A stretch of DNA of 64,000 bases from Vicinamibacterales bacterium (GTDB taxonomy: Bacteria > Acidobacteriota > Vicinamibacteria > Vicinamibacterales > JAKQTR01), in the NCBI GenBank assembly GCA_025456345.1, contig JALOKU010000001.1, positions 248,529 through 312,528 on the forward strand, given 5' to 3'. A program made the translations under genes and the position numbers. The notes beneath the pieces were generated by a model. That model was given only the letters and a program-made list of their open reading frames with translations. It was not told the origin of the DNA and made no database searches. Shown here one piece after another: positions 19,434 through 28,014 of the stretch; position 1 is the stretch's first letter, and every line of letters starts with the position of its first letter.

Positions 19434-22103
19434 ATGAGGCCAACCCGTTGCAGGCATCTGCGGGCGGTCGCGGCGTTCGCCGTCACCGCACTCGGCGCGT
19501 CGGCGGCGTTCGCCCAGCCGCAGCCGGTGCGCGAACTGACCGCCGTTCGTGCCGTGCCTCCGCCGGTGATCGACGGCCGGCTCGACGACGCGGTGTGGGC
19601 CGCGGCGGTGCCCGCCGGCGGCTTCCTCCAGCGGGACCCTGATGAAGGGAAGCCGGCCACCGAGGATACCTCCATCCGCCTCGCCTTCGACGACCACGCC
19701 CTGTACGTCGCCGCCGAGATGCGCGACCGCGACCCGTCCGCGATCGCGCGGCAGCTCTCGCGGCGCGACGTCCCGGTGGAGGCCGACGCGCTCATCGTGT
19801 ACCTCGATCCGCACAACGATCACCTGACGGGCGCGCAGTTCGGCGTCTCGGCGGCCGGCGTCCAGCGCGACGCGCTCATCTACAACGACAACTTCCTCGA
19901 CGCGACGTGGGACGCCGTGTGGGAGTCGGCCGTGGAGACTGGCGATCACGGCTGGACGGTGGAGATGCGCATTCCACTCTCGCAGCTGCGCTTCCCCAAG
20001 GCCGACCGTTACGCGTGGGGCATCAACGTGCAGCGCGTCATCCAGCGCCGGAACGAGTCCGCCTGGCTGCAGCTCGTGCGCAAGAACGAGTCGGGTCTGG
20101 CGTCGCGGATGGCGCACCTCGAGGGCATCGCCGGCATCGACCCCCCGCCCACGCTCGAGTTTCTGCCCTACGTGACGGCCCGGGGGGAGTTCATCACACC
20201 GGCGCCGCCAGGGTCGCCCTTCAATGACGGCTCGCGCTCCTTTGCCGGCGCCGGCCTCGACCTGAAATACGGCCTGTCGAGCAGCCTCACGCTGGATGCG
20301 ACATTCAACCCGGATTTCGGCCAGGTCGAAGTCGACCCGGCGGTCGTCAATCTCACGCAGTTCGAGACGTTCTTCGAGGAGCGCCGGCCCTTCTTCACCG
20401 AGGGCGCCAAGGTGTTCGGCGATTTCGGCCGCAGCGGCGCCAGCCAGTATTGGGGCTTCTTCAGGCCGGAGCCGACGCTGTACTACAGCCGCCGCATCGG
20501 TCGCGCGCCGCAGGGCAAGGTGAACGGCACGTGGGTCGACGTGCCGGCGGCGACCACGATTCTCGGCGCGGCGAAGGTGGTCGGCCGGACGCACAAGGGC
20601 TGGACGCTCGGCGCGCTGGGGGCGGTGACCGGCAGCGAGCATGCCCGCGTCTCCAGCGGCGCCGAGGTCACGAAGGTCGAGGTGGAGCCGCTCACCAGCT
20701 ACACCGTGCTTCGCGCGCAGCGCGAACTCGGCCGGCGCGCCGGCGTCGGCGTGCTCGGGACGGCGGTCTTCAGGGACCTGGGCGATCCCGCGCTCGCCGC
20801 GTATCTGGCCGACCGCGCGCTGATGCTCGGCGCCGACGGTCACTACTTCCTGGACCGCGGCCGCACGTGGGTGCTGCACGGCGGCATCGCGGGCAGCACC
20901 GTGCACGGGTCGACGCAGGCCATCACGCGCCTGCAGAAGGCGGAGCAGCGGTACTTTCAGCGGCCCGACGTCACCTTCGTGAAACTGGATCCGACGGCGA
21001 CGAGCATGGCGGGCTGGAACGGGCAGGCCAACCTCAACCGCAACAGCGGCAACGTGACGGTGAACCTCGGGGTCTGGGGGATGAGCCCGGGGCTCGAGGT
21101 GAACGACGCCGGCTACTCGACGCAGACCGACCGCGCCGGCGCGCACGGCATGGTGCAGTACCGGAAGCTGACGCCCGACCGGTGGACCAGCGAGCGGACG
21201 TTCTGGGTGTCGAAGTGGTGGACGTGGAACTGGGGCCGGGAGAGCCAGGGCGACGGCTGGCAGGCGTCGGCGAGCGCCCGGTTCAAGAACATGTGGCGGT
21301 CATCGGTCCTGCTGACCTATGCCAGGCGCGTGTGGGACGACAAGCTGACGCGCGGGGGGCCCACGGTCATCCGCCCGGGCAACCGCGGCGTGCAACTGGG
21401 CCTCGCCACCGACTCCCGCAGGAAGGCCGTGGTCAGCCTCGGCGCCAGCTATACCCGCCGCGACTACGACGCCTCCGCGCTGGTCCTTGACGCGCAGGTC
21501 GCGTGGCGCCCCTTGCCGGCCCTGACGCTCTCCTTCGGGCCTTCGTTCAGGCACAACATCGTCTCGGCCCAGTACCTGTCGACGGTGGTCGATCCGTACG
21601 CGACCCGCACCTACGGCAGCCGGTACGTGTTCGGGGACCTGGGGCAGACCGAGACCTCGGCGACGACGCGCATCAGTGTGGCCACCTCGCCGCGCACGTC
21701 CTTGCAGGTCTACCTGCAGCCGCTCATCTCGGCGGGCGACTTCGGCACGATCAAGGAGGTGTACGCGCCGCGCACGTACGACTTCCTGCGCTACGGCATC
21801 GACGCGGGCGCGATTACCTCATCCGGGTCGTCGCTCATCATCGACCCGGACGCCGGCGGGCCCGCCGCGCCGTTCACGATCGCGCAGCCCGACTTCAATC
21901 TGACGTCGCTGCGCGTCAATGCCGTCTTCAGGTGGGAGTTCCGTCCCGGCTCGTCGCTCTTCCTGGTGTGGACGCAGCAGCGCCGCGACCGGCTGCCGAC
22001 GGGAGAGTTCGATTTCGGCTCGGACATCTCCCGCGTCTACACCGCGCCCGCCGACGACGTGTTTCTCGTGAAGGTGAGCTACTGGTTCGGCGGTCGGCGG
22101 TAA
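19434..22103 (+). CDS. CBM9-like / DUF5916 family large secreted (probably outer-membrane-associated) protein
   Basis: 889 aa with a signal peptide. The N-terminal segment VIDGRLDDAVWAAA...GFLQRDPDEG...ALYVAAEM...DHGWTVEMRIPLSQLRF matches my memory of CBM9/DOMON-like heads of DUF5916 proteins. The C-terminus ends in an aromatic-rich strand (VKVSYWFGGRR). Confidence 0.7.
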   Translation: MRPTRCRHLRAVAAFAVTALGASAAFAQPQPVRELTAVRAVPPPVIDGRLDDAVWAAAVPAGGFLQRDPDEGKPATEDTSIRLAFDDHALYVAAEMRDRDPSAIARQLSRRDVPVEADALIVYLDPHNDHLTGAQFGVSAAGVQRDALIYNDNFLDATWDAVWESAVETGDHGWTVEMRIPLSQLRFPKADRYAWGINVQRVIQRRNESAWLQLVRKNESGLASRMAHLEGIAGIDPPPTLEFLPYVTARGEFITPAPPGSPFNDGSRSFAGAGLDLKYGLSSSLTLDATFNPDFGQVEVDPAVVNLTQFETFFEERRPFFTEGAKVFGDFGRSGASQYWGFFRPEPTLYYSRRIGRAPQGKVNGTWVDVPAATTILGAAKVVGRTHKGWTLGALGAVTGSEHARVSSGAEVTKVEVEPLTSYTVLRAQRELGRRAGVGVLGTAVFRDLGDPALAAYLADRALMLGADGHYFLDRGRTWVLHGGIAGSTVHGSTQAITRLQKAEQRYFQRPDVTFVKLDPTATSMAGWNGQANLNRNSGNVTVNLGVWGMSPGLEVNDAGYSTQTDRAGAHGMVQYRKLTPDRWTSERTFWVSKWWTWNWGRESQGDGWQASASARFKNMWRSSVLLTYARRVWDDKLTRGGPTVIRPGNRGVQLGLATDSRRKAVVSLGASYTRRDYDASALVLDAQVAWRPLPALTLSFGPSFRHNIVSAQYLSTVVDPYATRTYGSRYVFGDLGQTETSATTRISVATSPRTSLQVYLQPLISAGDFGTIKEVYAPRTYDFLRYGIDAGAITSSGSSLIIDPDAGGPAAPFTIAQPDFNLTSLRVNAVFRWEFRPGSSLFLVWTQQRRDRLPTGEFDFGSDISRVYTAPADDVFLVKVSYWFGGRR

Positions 22104-22165
22104 TCCGCCGACCGCCCTGAGCGAGCACTCGGCGAAGCAGCGAGTCGAAGGGCGCCACCCTCCAG

Positions 22166-23128
22166 CTACGCCCAACTCGGGTACTTGAACAGCGGCGCTC
22201 TCGCCAGCGCCTTCTCCTTGATGGCGCGCGCCTCGGCTTCCGAAAGAGGCGTGAAGCGCGTCGCCAAAGCCAGCGCCTGCTTGAACAACGTTTCGTCGCC
22301 CGGAGGAATCGCCGCGGTCACCGGGTGCGAGAGCGTGAAGCGCAGTCCCATCATCGCATCGTCCGGAGCCGAGAGCGGCTCGTACCAGCACTTCGGGTAC
22401 TGATCGCGCTTCGCGTCCTTCGGCCACGGCCCGCGCGCCATCGCCTTGAGCGCCAGGATGCCCATCCGCTTCGCCTGCGCCGCCGCGAGCACCTGCGGCC
22501 CGAAATTGCCCGCATGCCACGTCCCGAAGTTCATCGGGAAGAGCATCGTGTCGAAGTCGTAGCGCCCGATGAGCGCCAGGGCGGCCTCGACGGAGTGCGC
22601 CGAGAAGCCGAGGAACCGGACCTTGCCCCCCTGCTTCGCCGCCACGAACGTTTCGAGGGCCCCGCCCGGCGCGAAGACCTTCTCGACATCGTCTTTCGTG
22701 GTCACGGCATGCAGCTGGTACAGATCGAAATGATCCGTCCGCATGGTGCGCAGGGAGTTCTCCAGCTCCCGCTGCGACCCGCCGCGGCTGCGCTCGGTCG
22801 TCTTGCACGCCAGGAAGACGCGTTTGCGATAGGGCTCGAGCGCCGGCCCCAGCATCTCCTCGGCATTGCCGTAGCTCGGCGCCACGTCGAAGTAGTTGAC
22901 GCCGTGATCGACCGCCTCGGCCACGCGGCTCGACGCCTCCTGGGCGGTGGCGTTCATGACGACGATGCCGCCGAAGCCGAGGATGGAGAGCCGCTCGCCC
23001 GTGCGGCCGAGCGGCCGGCGTTCCAGCTTGCCGGCTTCGGTGACGCGCTCGAGGCCGGCGAGCGACGCCGGGAAGCACGCAAGCATCGACGCGGCAGAAC
23101 TCTTCAGGAGGAAGTCGCGGCGTTCCAT
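22166..23128 (-). CDS. Aldo/keto reductase with a twin-arginine (Tat) signal peptide
   Basis: I prefer ATG at 23128 (GGAGG 5 nt upstream) over the GTG at 23140. The protein starts MERRDFLLKSSAASMLA (Tat motif RRDFLL). AKR core segments: GVNYFDVAPSYG, DLYQLH, FLGFSAH. Confidence 0.9.
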   Translation of the reverse strand: MERRDFLLKSSAASMLACFPASLAGLERVTEAGKLERRPLGRTGERLSILGFGGIVVMNATAQEASSRVAEAVDHGVNYFDVAPSYGNAEEMLGPALEPYRKRVFLACKTTERSRGGSQRELENSLRTMRTDHFDLYQLHAVTTKDDVEKVFAPGGALETFVAAKQGGKVRFLGFSAHSVEAALALIGRYDFDTMLFPMNFGTWHAGNFGPQVLAAAQAKRMGILALKAMARGPWPKDAKRDQYPKCWYEPLSAPDDAMMGLRFTLSHPVTAAIPPGDETLFKQALALATRFTPLSEAEARAIKEKALARAPLFKYPSWA

Positions 23129-23245
23129 GGGCACCTCCACAGGACCGGCTTCAGAACCTGCGCACGGCGGCTCGACCGTGCCGGGCGATCGGGTTCAAGA
23201 GCCGCCTCGGGCAAAGTATAGCGCCGCTGGGATATCATCCGCGGC

Positions 23246-24469
23246 ATGATCGCTGCCCACGCCTCGCCCGGAAGTGCTGCGGCCGCCGTTCCTGCCGCGG
23301 CCCCGCTGCGTCTCGCGTCGCTCGATGCCTACCGCGGCTTCGTGATGTTCCTGATGATGGCCGAGGTGCTGCGCCTCGCCGAGGTGGCGTCCCGCGTGCC
23401 GGAGAGCGCGCTCTGGGCGTTCTTGGCCTTTCATCAGACCCACGCGCCCTGGGCGGGGTGCTCGCTGCACGACCTCATTCAGCCGTCGTTCTCGTTCATG
23501 GTCGGCGTGGCCGTGCCGTACTCGATGGCCAGCCGCCTCGCGAAAGGGCAGACGAAGGGAGTGATGACGCTGCACGCGTTCTGGCGGGCGTTCATCCTGG
23601 TGGCCCTGGGGATCTTCCTGAGGTCGATTGGCCGGGACGTCACGCGGTTCACGTTCGAGGACACGCTGACGCAGATTGGCCTCGGATACGGCCTGCTGTT
23701 CCTGCTGGGCTTCCGCACGTCGCGCGACGCGTGGATCGCCCTCGGGCTGATCCTGGCGGGCTACTGGGCGGCGTTCGCCCTCTACCCGCTGCCCGGTCCG
23801 GGGTTCGACTGGGCGGCCGCCGGCGCACAGCCCGACTGGGCCTACAACTTCCAGGGCTTCGCGGCCCACTGGAACAAGAACACCAACCTGGCGTGGGCCT
23901 TCGACACCTGGTTCCTGAACCTGTTCCCGCCGGACGGGTGGTTCAGGTTCAACGGCGGCGGGTACGCCACGCTCAGCTTCATCCCCACGCTCGGCACGAT
24001 GATCCTCGGCCTGCAGGCCGGCAGGGTGATGAAGAGCGACAGGACGGCGCGGGAGAAGCTGACGTGGCTGATCGTCGCTGGCGCCATCGGCATCGCGGCG
24101 GGCTGGGCGCTCGACGCGACAGGCATCTGCCCGTCCGTGAAGCGCATCTGGACGCCAGCTTGGACCCTCTTCAGCGGCGGCTGGTGCTTCCTGCTCCTCG
24201 CGGCCTTCTACGCCGTCGTCGACCTCGCCGGGTGGCGCAAGAGCGCCCTCTGGCTCGTTGTGATCGGGATGAACTCGATCGCGGCCTACATGATCGCGCA
24301 CCTCTTCGAGGACTTCCTCCGCGGTTCGCTGCGCACCCATCTCGGCGCAGAGACGTTCTCGGCCTTCGGGGCGGCGTACGCGCCCTTCGTCATGGGAAGC
24401 GCGATCCTGTTCTTCTACTGGCTGATCGTGTACTGGATGTATCGACGGAAGCTGTTCTTGCGAATCTGA
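23246..24469 (+). CDS. Polytopic membrane acyltransferase-like protein (DUF5009/DUF1624, HGSNAT-like)
   Basis: 407 aa. The [17 protein letters not shown] start motif (RxxSLDxxRG) and about 10 TM helices resemble heparan-alpha-glucosaminide N-acetyltransferase-like proteins. Confidence 0.75.
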   Translation: MIAAHASPGSAAAAVPAAAPLRLASLDAYRGFVMFLMMAEVLRLAEVASRVPESALWAFLAFHQTHAPWAGCSLHDLIQPSFSFMVGVAVPYSMASRLAKGQTKGVMTLHAFWRAFILVALGIFLRSIGRDVTRFTFEDTLTQIGLGYGLLFLLGFRTSRDAWIALGLILAGYWAAFALYPLPGPGFDWAAAGAQPDWAYNFQGFAAHWNKNTNLAWAFDTWFLNLFPPDGWFRFNGGGYATLSFIPTLGTMILGLQAGRVMKSDRTAREKLTWLIVAGAIGIAAGWALDATGICPSVKRIWTPAWTLFSGGWCFLLLAAFYAVVDLAGWRKSALWLVVIGMNSIAAYMIAHLFEDFLRGSLRTHLGAETFSAFGAAYAPFVMGSAILFFYWLIVYWMYRRKLFLRI

Positions 24470-24504
24470 GCGGCGGCCGTGAAAATCTGAAGCAGGAGGT
24501 CGGA

Positions 24505-25338
24505 ATGCGCGCGTGTGTCGTCCTGTTGACGCTATTCGTATTCACGCTGCCGGCCGGCTCGGCGGCCCAGACCGCGATCCAGCCCGACAAGGTCATTCAC
24601 CTGTTCGACGGGAAGAGCCTGGACGGGTTCTACACGTGGCTCGTCGACGTCCACCGGGAGGACCCGCTGCGCGTGTTCACCGTCGTCGACCAGGTGGACG
24701 GGGCGCCGGCCATCCGGATCAGCGGCGAGAAGTGGGGCGGCATCATCACCCGCGAGTCGTACCGCGACTACCGTCTCATCGTCGAGTTCCGGTGGGGGCT
24801 GTTGACGTGGGGGCAGCGGCGGAACGCGACGCGCGACAGCGGCGTGCTCGTGCATGGGCAGGGGGCAGACGGCAACACCGGCCGCGATTTCAACGGGCCG
24901 TGGATGCGGTCCATCGAGGCGCAGGTCATCGAGGGCGGCGTCGGCGACCTCATTCTCGTGGCCGGCTTCGAGGCTGACGGCACGCGCCTCACGCCCCGCA
25001 TCACGGCGAGGACGAGCAAAGACCGGGACGGGGAGCCGGTGTTCGACCCGAACGGCGAACCCCGCGAGTTCGAGAGCGGCCGCATCAACTGGTTCGGCCG
25101 GGATCCCGACTGGCAGGACAAGCTCGGCTTCCGCGGCAAGGCTGACGTCGAGAGCCCTCTCGGCGAATGGACGCGCCTCGAGGTGGTCGCGCAGGGTGAC
25201 CGCCTCACCTACGTCGTGAACGGGAAGGGCGTGAACGAAGGCTTCCGGTCGAGCCTGACGGAGGGGAAGATCATGATCCAGTCGGAAGGGGCCGAGATCT
25301 TCTTCCGCCGCATCGATCTGGAGCCGGTGGGGAAGTAG
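24505..25338 (+). CDS. DUF1080 (3-keto-disaccharide hydrolase-like) secreted protein
   Basis: AGGAGG RBS. ATG at 24505 (MRACVVLLTLFVFTLPAGSAAQ, signal peptide). Segments LFDGKSLDGF, YRDYRLIVEFRW, IMIQSEGAEIFFRRIDLEP are hallmarks of the DUF1080 jelly-roll. Confidence 0.85.
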   Translation: MRACVVLLTLFVFTLPAGSAAQTAIQPDKVIHLFDGKSLDGFYTWLVDVHREDPLRVFTVVDQVDGAPAIRISGEKWGGIITRESYRDYRLIVEFRWGLLTWGQRRNATRDSGVLVHGQGADGNTGRDFNGPWMRSIEAQVIEGGVGDLILVAGFEADGTRLTPRITARTSKDRDGEPVFDPNGEPREFESGRINWFGRDPDWQDKLGFRGKADVESPLGEWTRLEVVAQGDRLTYVVNGKGVNEGFRSSLTEGKIMIQSEGAEIFFRRIDLEPVGK

Positions 25339-25356
25339 GGCGGGGACGCTACCGAT

Positions 25357-25445
25357 CAGTATTCAGTAGCCAGTAGCCAGTAGAAAGGCTCCTGAGCTGC
25401 GAGCTGTTCCGACCTACTGGCTACTGACTACTTGCTACTGGCTAC
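25357..25445. repeat. Inverted pair of heptad (7-nt) tandem arrays, CAGTAGC type
   Basis: Arm A (25357-25383): CAGTATT CAGTAGC CAGTAGC CAGTAG. Arm B (25414-25445): CTACTGG CTACTGA CTACTTG CTACTGG CTAC. The 13-bp core pairs perfectly (25371-25383 with 25414-25426) inside an imperfect stem of about 27 bp. The loop is 30 nt. Confidence 0.9.
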
Positions 25446-25463
25446 GGATACCGGAGGAGACTG

Positions 25464-25493
25464 GGGCCCGCCGCCAGGTGCGGCGGCGGGCCC
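25464..25493. terminator. Perfect 12-bp GC hairpin between convergent genes
   Basis: GGGCCCGCCGCC (25464-25475), loop AGGTGC, GGCGGCGGGCCC (25482-25493), followed by TCTGTTG on the plus strand. It lies 17 nt from the stop (25510-25512) of the minus-strand oxidoreductase gene. Confidence 0.6.
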
Positions 25494-25509
25494 TCTGTTG
25501 CGCTGACTC

Positions 25510-26802
25510 CTACGCGAACTGCGCGAAGTTGATCTTCGGGTCGAAGACGTCCGTCGACTTCAGCAGTTCTTCCCACGTCACCTCGCGGCCCGTCTCGGCG
25601 GCCATGCGGCCGAGCATGGCCGCCAGGGTCGACTCGGTGCCCGACATGGCCTCGTTCAACAGGGTGCCGGTCTGGATGCTGCCGATGAACGCGGCCTGCT
25701 TGTTGGCGTCCGCATCGTCAAGCGCCCCGCTGAACCGGCCGGTGACGGCGGCCTGCTGGTCGACCGCCTGCGGCCGGCCCAGGCCCGGGAACTCCCAGGA
25801 CGTCTCGCCGGAGATCCGGACTGGCGCGTCGTACCGTGCCTCGGCAACGCCGCGGGTTCCGGAGTACTGCATGCCGACGCCCCACGCCGCCTTGCCGAAC
25901 TGCGTCGACGAGAAGCTCACGTGCACGTCCCTGGGATACGTGAACACGCAGTTGTAATGGCTGGAGCAATCGCCGCCGTCGGTGCGGCCCGCCCGTCCGT
26001 TCCTGCCGTAGGCCTTCAGGGGCCTGCCGGCGAGCAGCCAGTTCGTCACGTCGATGATGTGAATGTTCTGCTCGACGATGATATCGCCGGAGATCGTTCT
26101 CTCGTGGATCCAGTTCCGCAGGCGCCGCTCATCGGCGCTCTTGTCTGCGAACGGCGGACGGTTGATGAACGACGCGAAGTAGTAGATCTGGCCCGACACC
26201 GGCGCGCCGATCTGCCCCTCGCGGATGCGCTTCTCGAGAAGGACGTACGGTGACGCGTAGCGGATCTGGAAGCCCACGGCCAGGCTCAGCTTGCCCTTCA
26301 TCTTCTCGCCGACGGCCATGATCCGCCTGGCGCCGGGCACGTCCACCGCGACGGGTTTTTCCAGGTAGACATGCTTGCCGGCGGCCGCCGCGGCCTCGAG
26401 GTGCTCGGGGTGGAAATAGGGCGGCGTCGCGATGTAGACGGCGTCGACGTCCTTGCTCGCGAAGAGCTGTTCGTAGGCCTTGAGGCCCTTGAACATGTGG
26501 GCGGCACCGGCGAACGGCTTGTTGAGCTTTCCAGAGATCAAGCCCAGGGTCATGGCGCTGTTCTCCATGTTGTCTTGGAAGACGTCGCCCATCGCCGTCA
26601 CGACGGCGTTCGAGTACCGCAGGAACGACTCGGTCACCGCGGTGCCGCGGCCGCCGCAGCCGAGTACGCCGAGCCGCACGGCCGAGTTGGCCTGGGTGCC
26701 GAAGACCGTGCTGGGTTTCAGAATGGTGAACCCGGCCGTGGCCGCGGCGGCCAGGCCCACGAACTCGCGGCGGCCGACCTTGGTGTCGTGTGATTCGTTC
26801 AT
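25510..26802 (-). CDS. Gfo/Idh/MocA-family oxidoreductase with a Tat signal peptide
   Basis: ATG at 26802 with AAGGAGAG RBS (internal Met 73 of ORF 25510..27018). The protein starts MNESHDTKVGRREFVGLAAAATAGF (Tat motif). Rossmann segment LGVLGCGGRG. EKPVA motif typical of the family. Confidence 0.9.
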   Translation of the reverse strand: MNESHDTKVGRREFVGLAAAATAGFTILKPSTVFGTQANSAVRLGVLGCGGRGTAVTESFLRYSNAVVTAMGDVFQDNMENSAMTLGLISGKLNKPFAGAAHMFKGLKAYEQLFASKDVDAVYIATPPYFHPEHLEAAAAAGKHVYLEKPVAVDVPGARRIMAVGEKMKGKLSLAVGFQIRYASPYVLLEKRIREGQIGAPVSGQIYYFASFINRPPFADKSADERRLRNWIHERTISGDIIVEQNIHIIDVTNWLLAGRPLKAYGRNGRAGRTDGGDCSSHYNCVFTYPRDVHVSFSSTQFGKAAWGVGMQYSGTRGVAEARYDAPVRISGETSWEFPGLGRPQAVDQQAAVTGRFSGALDDADANKQAAFIGSIQTGTLLNEAMSGTESTLAAMLGRMAAETGREVTWEELLKSTDVFDPKINFAQFA

Positions 26803-26890
26803 GTCTCCCTCTCCTTGCTGGCGGGAATCAGTCCGGGAGAATTCTATACCCCCGCCTTCGCCCGGTCCAACATTCAGGGCTTCGGCGAGG

Positions 26891-26918
26891 CAAGCCCGCG
26901 CGCGAGCGCGCGGGCTTG
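26891..26918. promoter_or_regulatory. Perfect 12-bp inverted repeat in the divergent promoter region (candidate operator)
   Basis: CAAGCCCGCGCG cgag CGCGCGGGCTTG. It lies 48 nt upstream of the TIM-barrel gene ATG (26966) and 89 nt upstream of the oxidoreductase ATG (26802). Confidence 0.35.
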
Positions 26919-26965
26919 AGTCGCGCGCCGCATCGGAGTAGTCTGCGCCTGCGAGGGAGGACAGC

Positions 26966-27892
26966 ATGATGAAGATCGATAGACGGGCGTTTCTGGAGAT
27001 GACGGCGGCCGCGTCCACGCTGGCCGCGATCCGCGGCGCGACGCTGTCGGCTGCGCCGCAGGCCGGCGCTGGCGGGGGCCTGAAAAAGGCGGTCTACGTG
27101 TCGATGCTCCCGAAGGAGCTGGGCTACCTGGACAAGTTCAAGCTGGCCCTCGACGTGGGGTTCCAGGGCATCGAGATCGGGACGATTTCGGCTCCGGCCG
27201 TCGCCGACGAGATCAAGGAAGCGTCAACCAAGACCGGCCTGAAGATCCACGGCGTCATGAACGCGGATCACTGGCGCTACCCGTTGTCGAGCGCCGACCC
27301 GGAGGTGGTCAACAAGAGCGTCGCGGGCATGGAAACCTCGCTGCGCAACGCGAAACTCTGGGGCGCCGACGTGGTCCTGCTCGTGCCGGGCGTCGTCAAC
27401 CCCGAGACCGGCTACAAGGACGCCTGGACTCGTTCCCAGAAGGTGATCAAGGAGCGCATCCTGCCGCTGGCCCAGGAACTGAAGGTCGTCGTCGGCATGG
27501 AGGAGGTCTGGAACAAGTTCCTCCTGAGCCCGCTCGAGATGGCGCGCTACTGCGACGAGTTCAATTCGCCCTGGGTGAAGGCGTATTTCGACGTCGGCAA
27601 CATGCTCTTCTACGGCTACCCGCAGGACTGGGTCCGCACGCTCGGCCCGCGCATCGCCCGGGTGCATGTCAAAGACTTCAAGCTCGATCGCAAGGAGAGC
27701 AAGTACGCCTGGACGAACCTCGGCGAAGGCGACGTGGACTGGCCGGAGGTGAGGAAGGCCCTCGCCGAGGTCAAGTACGAAGGGTGGGTGACGACCGAGA
27801 TCAGCGGCGGCGACGCCGCCTACCTGAAGGACGTCGTCGCGCGCCTCGACAAAATCTTCGCGGGCCAGAAGCCGTTCACGCCGCCGGCGTAG
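26966..27892 (+). CDS. Xylose-isomerase-like TIM-barrel protein (sugar phosphate isomerase/epimerase family) with a Tat signal
   Basis: GGGAGGA RBS. The protein starts MMKIDRRAFLEMTAAASTLAAIRG (Tat motif). Segments GFQGIEIG, VVLLVPG, MEEVWNKF and VHVKDF are typical AP-endonuclease-2/xylose-isomerase-like barrel segments. Confidence 0.85.
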   Translation: MMKIDRRAFLEMTAAASTLAAIRGATLSAAPQAGAGGGLKKAVYVSMLPKELGYLDKFKLALDVGFQGIEIGTISAPAVADEIKEASTKTGLKIHGVMNADHWRYPLSSADPEVVNKSVAGMETSLRNAKLWGADVVLLVPGVVNPETGYKDAWTRSQKVIKERILPLAQELKVVVGMEEVWNKFLLSPLEMARYCDEFNSPWVKAYFDVGNMLFYGYPQDWVRTLGPRIARVHVKDFKLDRKESKYAWTNLGEGDVDWPEVRKALAEVKYEGWVTTEISGGDAAYLKDVVARLDKIFAGQKPFTPPA

Positions 27893-28014
27893 GGGCCAGG
27901 GACTAGGGGCTAGGCGCTAGGGGCTAGTCAGCAACGGTGTGACGCTGCACCCACGCGGCGGCAGCCGCGTCAGACTAGCGCCCAGCGCCCAGTCCCTAGC
28001 GCCTCCGTACCCTA
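27890..28014. repeat. Inverted pair of heptad tandem arrays, TAGGGGC type, filling the whole convergent spacer
   Basis: Arm A (27890-27931): TAGGGGC CAGGGAC TAGGGGC TAGGCGC TAGGGGC TAGTCAG. Arm B (27972-28014): ...GACTAGC GCCCAGC GCCCAGT CCCTAGC GCC...CTA. The stem is about 33 bp and imperfect (about 27 pairs). A nested hairpin TGACGC...GCGTCA (27940-27972) sits in the loop. The first TAG is the stop codon of the plus-strand gene and the last CTA is the stop codon of the minus-strand gene. Confidence 0.9.

Noticed and set aside
25357-28014. Possibility that the heptad arrays are CRISPR arrays or a miniature mobile element with terminal inverted repeats
   Set aside because: The units are only 7 nt long and directly abutting, with no spacers, so this is not a CRISPR array. 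The two elements have different unit sequences, and I could see no target-site duplication or transposase, so I keep a MITE or transposon interpretation only as a weak alternative.
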